In this document: in pieces, positions 59,095-64,000 of the stretch | Numbering within the stretch: the first letter of the stretch is position 1 | How the letters are laid out: every line of letters begins with the position of its first letter | Origin: Macrostomum lignano | Taxonomy: Eukaryota | DNA: 64,000 nucleotides | Direction: 5' to 3' | Assembly (NCBI GenBank): GCA_002269645.1 | Contig: NIVC01001870.1 | Span: 1-64,000, forward strand | Made by a program: the position numbers and the translations under genes | The notes under the pieces: model-generated | Databases searched by the model: none | Seen by the model: only the letters and a program-made list of their open reading frames with translations | What the model was told of the DNA's origin: nothing

Positions 59095-59345
59095 TATTGG
59101 TGGAGGCGTGGCCTGGGGGTAGAGAAACGGAGTAAAAATAAACCAAAACAGCTCGCAGCCAATCAGAGCCCGTGTAGGGCTCCTATGGAGTGGAGGGGTG
59201 ATCAGGGGTTAGAGAAACGGAGTAGAAAAAAGCAAAACAGCTCGCAGCCAATTAGAACCCGTGTAGAGCTCTTATAAGGTGGAGGGGTGGCCTGGGGCAG
59301 AGAAACGGAGTGAAAAACAAAACAGTTCGCAGCCAATCAGAGCTC
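59095..59345 (+). promoter_or_regulatory. Triplicated module of about 87 bp with a GC/KLF-like box and a CCAAT box
   Basis: ggaggcgtggcc-like motifs, with ccaat at 59159, 59248 and 59333; about 390 bp upstream of the ATG at 59731. Confidence 0.45.
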
Positions 59346-59730
59346 AGAGATTCCGTGAGGCGTGGTATCAATAAAGTAGAAAAAGCTTGAATACTGGTTT
59401 TGCCTAATAATACCTGGAAAATATCATTCAAATAGCACTTTTACTACTGTGAGAGTAGTATGAATGACAAAATAATAAAATCAGTCGAATATGCTCTGCA
59501 TTTAAAGTAAATGTAGAAATAGCCGTTGAAGCTTATAGAACAGATAAAAACTGAAAAAGTGGGTGAGGAAAATTCTGAAAATACGTGTACATACACTACC
59601 CACTGCACAATTTCTCAGGTCAACCAACAGTTTGCTCTGTGAAAAGATAAAGAGCTCGAGAAAATGCTAGTTTTTCTGCTCAGAGTAGCAGCAGGCCTCA
59701 AAGCAGTCTAGTTCTCACCCGAGCAGCAAA

Positions 59731-60990
59731 ATGGCCGGAAACATTAGCCAATTGCTGCTTTTTCCGTTGCTTCTGCTACTGCTGCTTCTGTCCAGCCCGG
59801 CCGTGTCCCAGGATGAGGAAGGCGAAGAACATCATTCTCGGGTTGGCGATCCGAAGTACTGGACGGCCGAGTGCTTCAGCCAGTGCTACCTGATCTACCT
59901 GCGGTGTATTGGGAATATTTTCCCACCTGGTCGGCTCAACAATCAGGAAATGGTGGAGCTGTTTAAGAATAAGTCGCTTCATTTTCACGAACGAATTGAA
60001 GCCTGCAGCGCCAAATACAGCGCCACCATCAACATTGAGGATGAGTGAGCCACTTTGGTAGATAGATTACACAGTTAAACTGTGATTGTAGATAGACACA
60101 ATTCGTAGTAGATAGACACATTGACGGCAAATAGACAAAAAGTGGTAGGACTCGCTAGCAGTAGATAGACACAAAGTGGTAAAACAGACACATCGATGGT
60201 AGACAGACACATTGGTAGTAGATAGACACATTGGTGGTAGATAAACACATTGGTAGTAGATAGACACATTGGTAGTAGATAGACACATTGGTAGTAGATA
60301 GACACATTGGTGGTAGATGGACGCATTGTGATGGTAGAGAGTCGTCACATTGTAATGATAGATAGACGAATTGATGGTAGATAGACACATTGGTAGTAGA
60401 TAGACACATTGGTGGTAGATGGACGCATTGCGATGGTAGAGAGTCACATTGTAATGATAGATAGACGAATTGATGGTAGACAGACACATTGGTAGTAGAT
60501 AGACACATTGGTGGTAGATAGACACATTGATGGTAGATAGACACATTGGTAGTAGATAGACACATTGGTGGTAGATGGACGCATTGTGATGGTAGAGAGT
60601 CACATTGTAATGATAGATAGACGAACTGATGGTAGATAGACACATTGATGGTAGATAGACACATTGGTGGTAGATAGACACATTGTTGATAGACAGACAT
60701 AAAGGTGGTAGACAGACACATTGTGCTAGATAGACACATTGATGATAAACACATTTGTGGTAGATAGACAGTGCTAGGGGTCCTTGACACTGTGTTCATA
60801 TTGTAGTGGTTGCAGGATGTCCTTACTACAAAGTCAAACTCGAAAATCTGAATTTCTGAAAAGTTGATTCGCAAATTGCGCTTCCAGCGACACTCGGACA
60901 GCTCGAATAGCCGAGCTGAACGCCACAGTTGGCGTCATGAGCAACTTTGACCTCTGCGTCTTCACCCAGTGCGGCGCTGGCGGCTTCTAG
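59731..60990 (+). CDS. Secreted six-cysteine protein, 2 exons, 138 aa, family unrecognised
   Basis: Exon 59731-60044 (ga|gtgagc) joins exon 60888-60990 (cttccag|c) in phase 2. Leu-rich signal peptide. Cys pattern C-x3-C-x6-C ... C ... C-x4-C; the protein ends NFDLCVFTQCGAGGF*. Confidence 0.8.
60060..60775. repeat. About 19-bp GATA-containing minisatellite (tagatagacacattggtgg) with higher-order blocks
   Basis: It fills the intron of the six-Cys gene. Confidence 0.93.
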
Positions 60991-61036
60991 TGAGTCTGCG
61001 ACTGCTTTTAGTGGTATTTCATCGGCATCTTCCTTA

Positions 61037-61385
<349 letters not shown>

Positions 61386-62119
61386 TAAAAATGTACGAGC
61401 TAATTAGTAATTACCTATGATTTATAAGCTCCGTATCTTTGACTTTCAGCGGCAGTTTCAACGTCAATGCCGTGGTCTATAAAACGGTCCTGTCAATTGT
61501 TAACAAAAAAGTCGACGATAAATACGATTTTTACTTTCAAATGAATACTTTTTAAATACAGTAATGATATGCTTAAACAATACTATTAGTAGGGTTTTAC
61601 GATCTTACAATTGGCAAAGCGATATAATTACTTGCTACAATGTTAATTTCAATTAAACATTTAAAACAATTGGAAAATAGGTGTATAATTTGGTAGAAAA
61701 TTAGATCGACTATTATCAGTGCTAAGAAAGCCATCCTCTGCAAGTTGCATCGCATATCTATCTAGACACCAATGTGTCTATTTTTCTGTTAGAATTCGAA
61801 CCAATTAAAGGATACTGACTATTACGCGCGTATGTTAAATTTTCGAGATTAAATTTGAAACCGTTAACCCTGAAAAAATAGTGTGTCAACACCCCTGGAT
61901 AAAGTTGTATTGTGGTAGAGAGCCTCTTGTTGTGATTGTCTAGAGAGCCTGTGGTTGTATATTGCATTGAAAGCATCTGCTAAAGTGCACACAAAGTTGC
62001 TAGCTAGTAACTGCCCCATGACGTTGTGGTAGCCTGCTGTTGTGGTGGAGAGCCTCTGGTGGTATTGAAAGCATCTGCTAAATATAAAGGAATAAAGAAC
62101 CTCTGGTTGTGGTAGAGAG

Positions 62120-62341
62120 CCTGCAATTAGAATTGCGGTAGAGAGCCCCGCGTTGTATTGCGGTAGAGAGCCCCGCGTAGCATTGCGGTAGACAGCCCCG
62201 CGTAGTATTGCGGTAGAGAGCCTCGCGTTGTATTGCGGTAGGTAGCCTCGCGTTGTATTACGGTAGGTAGCCTCGCGTTGTATTGCGGTAGGTAGCCTCG
62301 CGTTGTATTGCGGTAGGTAGCCTCGCGTTGTATTGCGGTAG
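62120..62341. repeat. 25-bp minisatellite (ttgcggtagagagccccgcgttgta)
   Basis: About 8 units; the array resumes after the LTR at 62647. Confidence 0.9.
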
Positions 62342-62646
62342 TGTCGCGACTTTCCTAGTCATTTCTTTAGTTCACCTTCACTTGTCTCTGTTTACTCTGT
62401 TTTCTCTCTCTGTCTAGCTCAATCTTGTTATTCTTATCTCTCTCTCCCTTGCTGCCTTCTGATTGGCTCTCCATCCTCGCCTTTCTTTAGTCGCGCACTC
62501 CCACCCCTTTCTTTATTATCTGCAATTCAAACCCCCTAAGTTAATGTCTGGTATAAATACACTGGTTTGGGCCCTGCGCCCACTTACTGGCTCCAATTTA
62601 ACTCCATGTAAATATATTCTTAGTTTTTAGTCTTATTTTCTCGACA
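62342..62646. mobile_element. Solo LTR (305 bp, TG...CA, 5-bp TSD)
   Basis: Starts tgtcgcga and ends tctcgaca (terminal inverted repeat). TSD ggtag at 62337-62341 and 62647-62651; excision restores a normal 25-bp satellite unit. TATA-like tataaata at 62552. Confidence 0.85.
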
Positions 62647-63084
62647 GGTAGAGAGGCCTCGCGTAGTATTGAAATTGCTGTATTAAGCTTCATCTGCTAA
62701 AGTGCCAGTGCCTGCAAGCAGTGAGAGCCTATAAAGTTGTGGCAAAGAGCCATTGATAGATAGTCTAAAATCGATCTAGACAGTAGTATAATTGCAGTAC
62801 ATCGCACACAGATGCGCATTATTTCTTCTGCACACAAGGGTCACGTCTCCTTAAGACAATTCCTGAGCGTTTACAGATCAATTTACAATGCGAAGATTCT
62901 CACTCGAAAACTTAATTGTGTTTATCTTACCTCGGCTACTTTCGAATACTAAGTTAAATATAAACAAATGCTATCTAGTTCTTGACTTGAAATTTAAACC
63001 AACTAATTAGATTAACTGCAGAGATGCAGAAAGTTGCGCTTGAAATTTAGAGTGACAACATTGACGGAGACACTGAGCCAAACG

Positions 63085-63409
63085 ATGTTGCAGGCTTTGT
63101 TGCTGCTTCTAGTGGCTACTTGCACCGTAGCACAGTCAACCACAGAAATTGGCCCAGCTGTTGACATCGACTGTCTAGTTGGTTTCGAGGCTGTCAACGG
63201 TGTCTGCACGGACGTTGACGAGTGTCAGCGGTTGAACGACGATGGGAGTGGCGTGCTGGAAGAGGATCGTCGAGACATCTGCGGTAACTACGTGCACAGC
63301 CACCGGCCCGGCTACCGGTGCGTCAACACGCCGGGCTCCTATCGGTGCGAGCGAATCGTTGACTGCGGATTCGGCTACCGGCTGAATGAGACGCTGGGTG
63401 TCTGCATCG
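63085..63409 (+). CDS. First coding exon of a secreted Ca-binding EGF-repeat protein (fibulin/fibrillin-like); the gene continues beyond this exon
   Basis: Signal peptide MLQALLLLLVATCTVA. cbEGF consensus DVDEC...CVNTPGSYRC, then CGFGYRLNETLGVCI with a phase-1 donor g|gtgagg, typical of EGF module exons. Confidence 0.85.
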
Positions 63410-63769
63410 GTGAGGATTCGGAGCTGGGGATCTTTGCGCGATGGGTGGATTGGTCTAAAACTCGAAAGACCTGACTTTCTCATGGTTGGACATGCGCACT
63501 CTCTGTGCCTTTGGAGTTGGCCATCGTAGGCGGGAATCACTTGACAATTTATATAGGCCAAATTAATGGCCTATTAACGCTCGGAATCGAATCTAGGAAC
63601 CTAAAACCTCTGATCTACTCTTCCCACGGTCTTTGGGTCTGGAGGAGTGTTGTTTGTTGGGACTTTACATTTCGAGTCAAAACGATGACAACGAAATTGA
63701 AGACCTCTATTAGATTGAGAAGATAATAAAATTCTGTATGATTTATAGGGATTGAAAAAGAGAAGTGGA

Positions 63770-63955
63770 TTGAATAGCGGGATGTAAATTGGACTAGATA
63801 GTTGGATCTAAACGGGACTAAATAGTGGGTTCAAACGGGACTAAATAGTGGGATCTAAAACGGGACTAAATAGTGGATTCAAATGGGACTACTGGGATCG
63901 AAACGGGACTACATAACGGGATCGAAACGGGACTACATAGCGGGATCGAAACGGG
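63770..63955. repeat. 22-23-bp minisatellite (aaacgggactaaatagtgggatc)
   Basis: Direct reading; lies in the intron after the EGF exon. Confidence 0.85.
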
Positions 63956-64000
63956 AATATAGGTATATGTACATGTACACATGTACTTGTACATGTACCG

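Overview
Eukaryotic (metazoan) genomic DNA with GT-AG introns, AT-rich intergenic stretches and a very high density of intronic minisatellites. The style suggests a free-living flatworm such as Macrostomum, but this is inference and not verified. By splicing exons by hand I reconstruct three conserved genes. These are a 9-exon BAR+RhoGAP gene (+, 3469-19236), a 9-exon ALDH8A1 (+, 21432-36640) and a 7-exon PLP threonine dehydratase with a C-terminal ACT domain (-, 45841-52551). There are also four signal-peptide genes mostly missed or truncated by the ORF track: a Trp-rich prohormone-like precursor (40287-40935), an 85-aa membrane microprotein (42802-44609), a 138-aa six-Cys secreted protein (59731-60990) and the first exon of a Ca-binding EGF protein (63085-63409). 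Mobile DNA includes an intact LOA/Lian-type LINE (APE-RT-RNase H, with TSD) nested in a MITE inside ALDH8A1 intron 4. It also includes a Mutator-like MITE, two copies of a tRNA-headed SINE with a CORE-like domain, a solo LTR, a possible internally deleted Crypton and a possible 6-kb Helitron/Helentron-type composite carrying a 23-bp satellite. Most long ORFs in the supplied track are translations of tandem repeats. No CRISPR array, rRNA or functional tRNA is supported.
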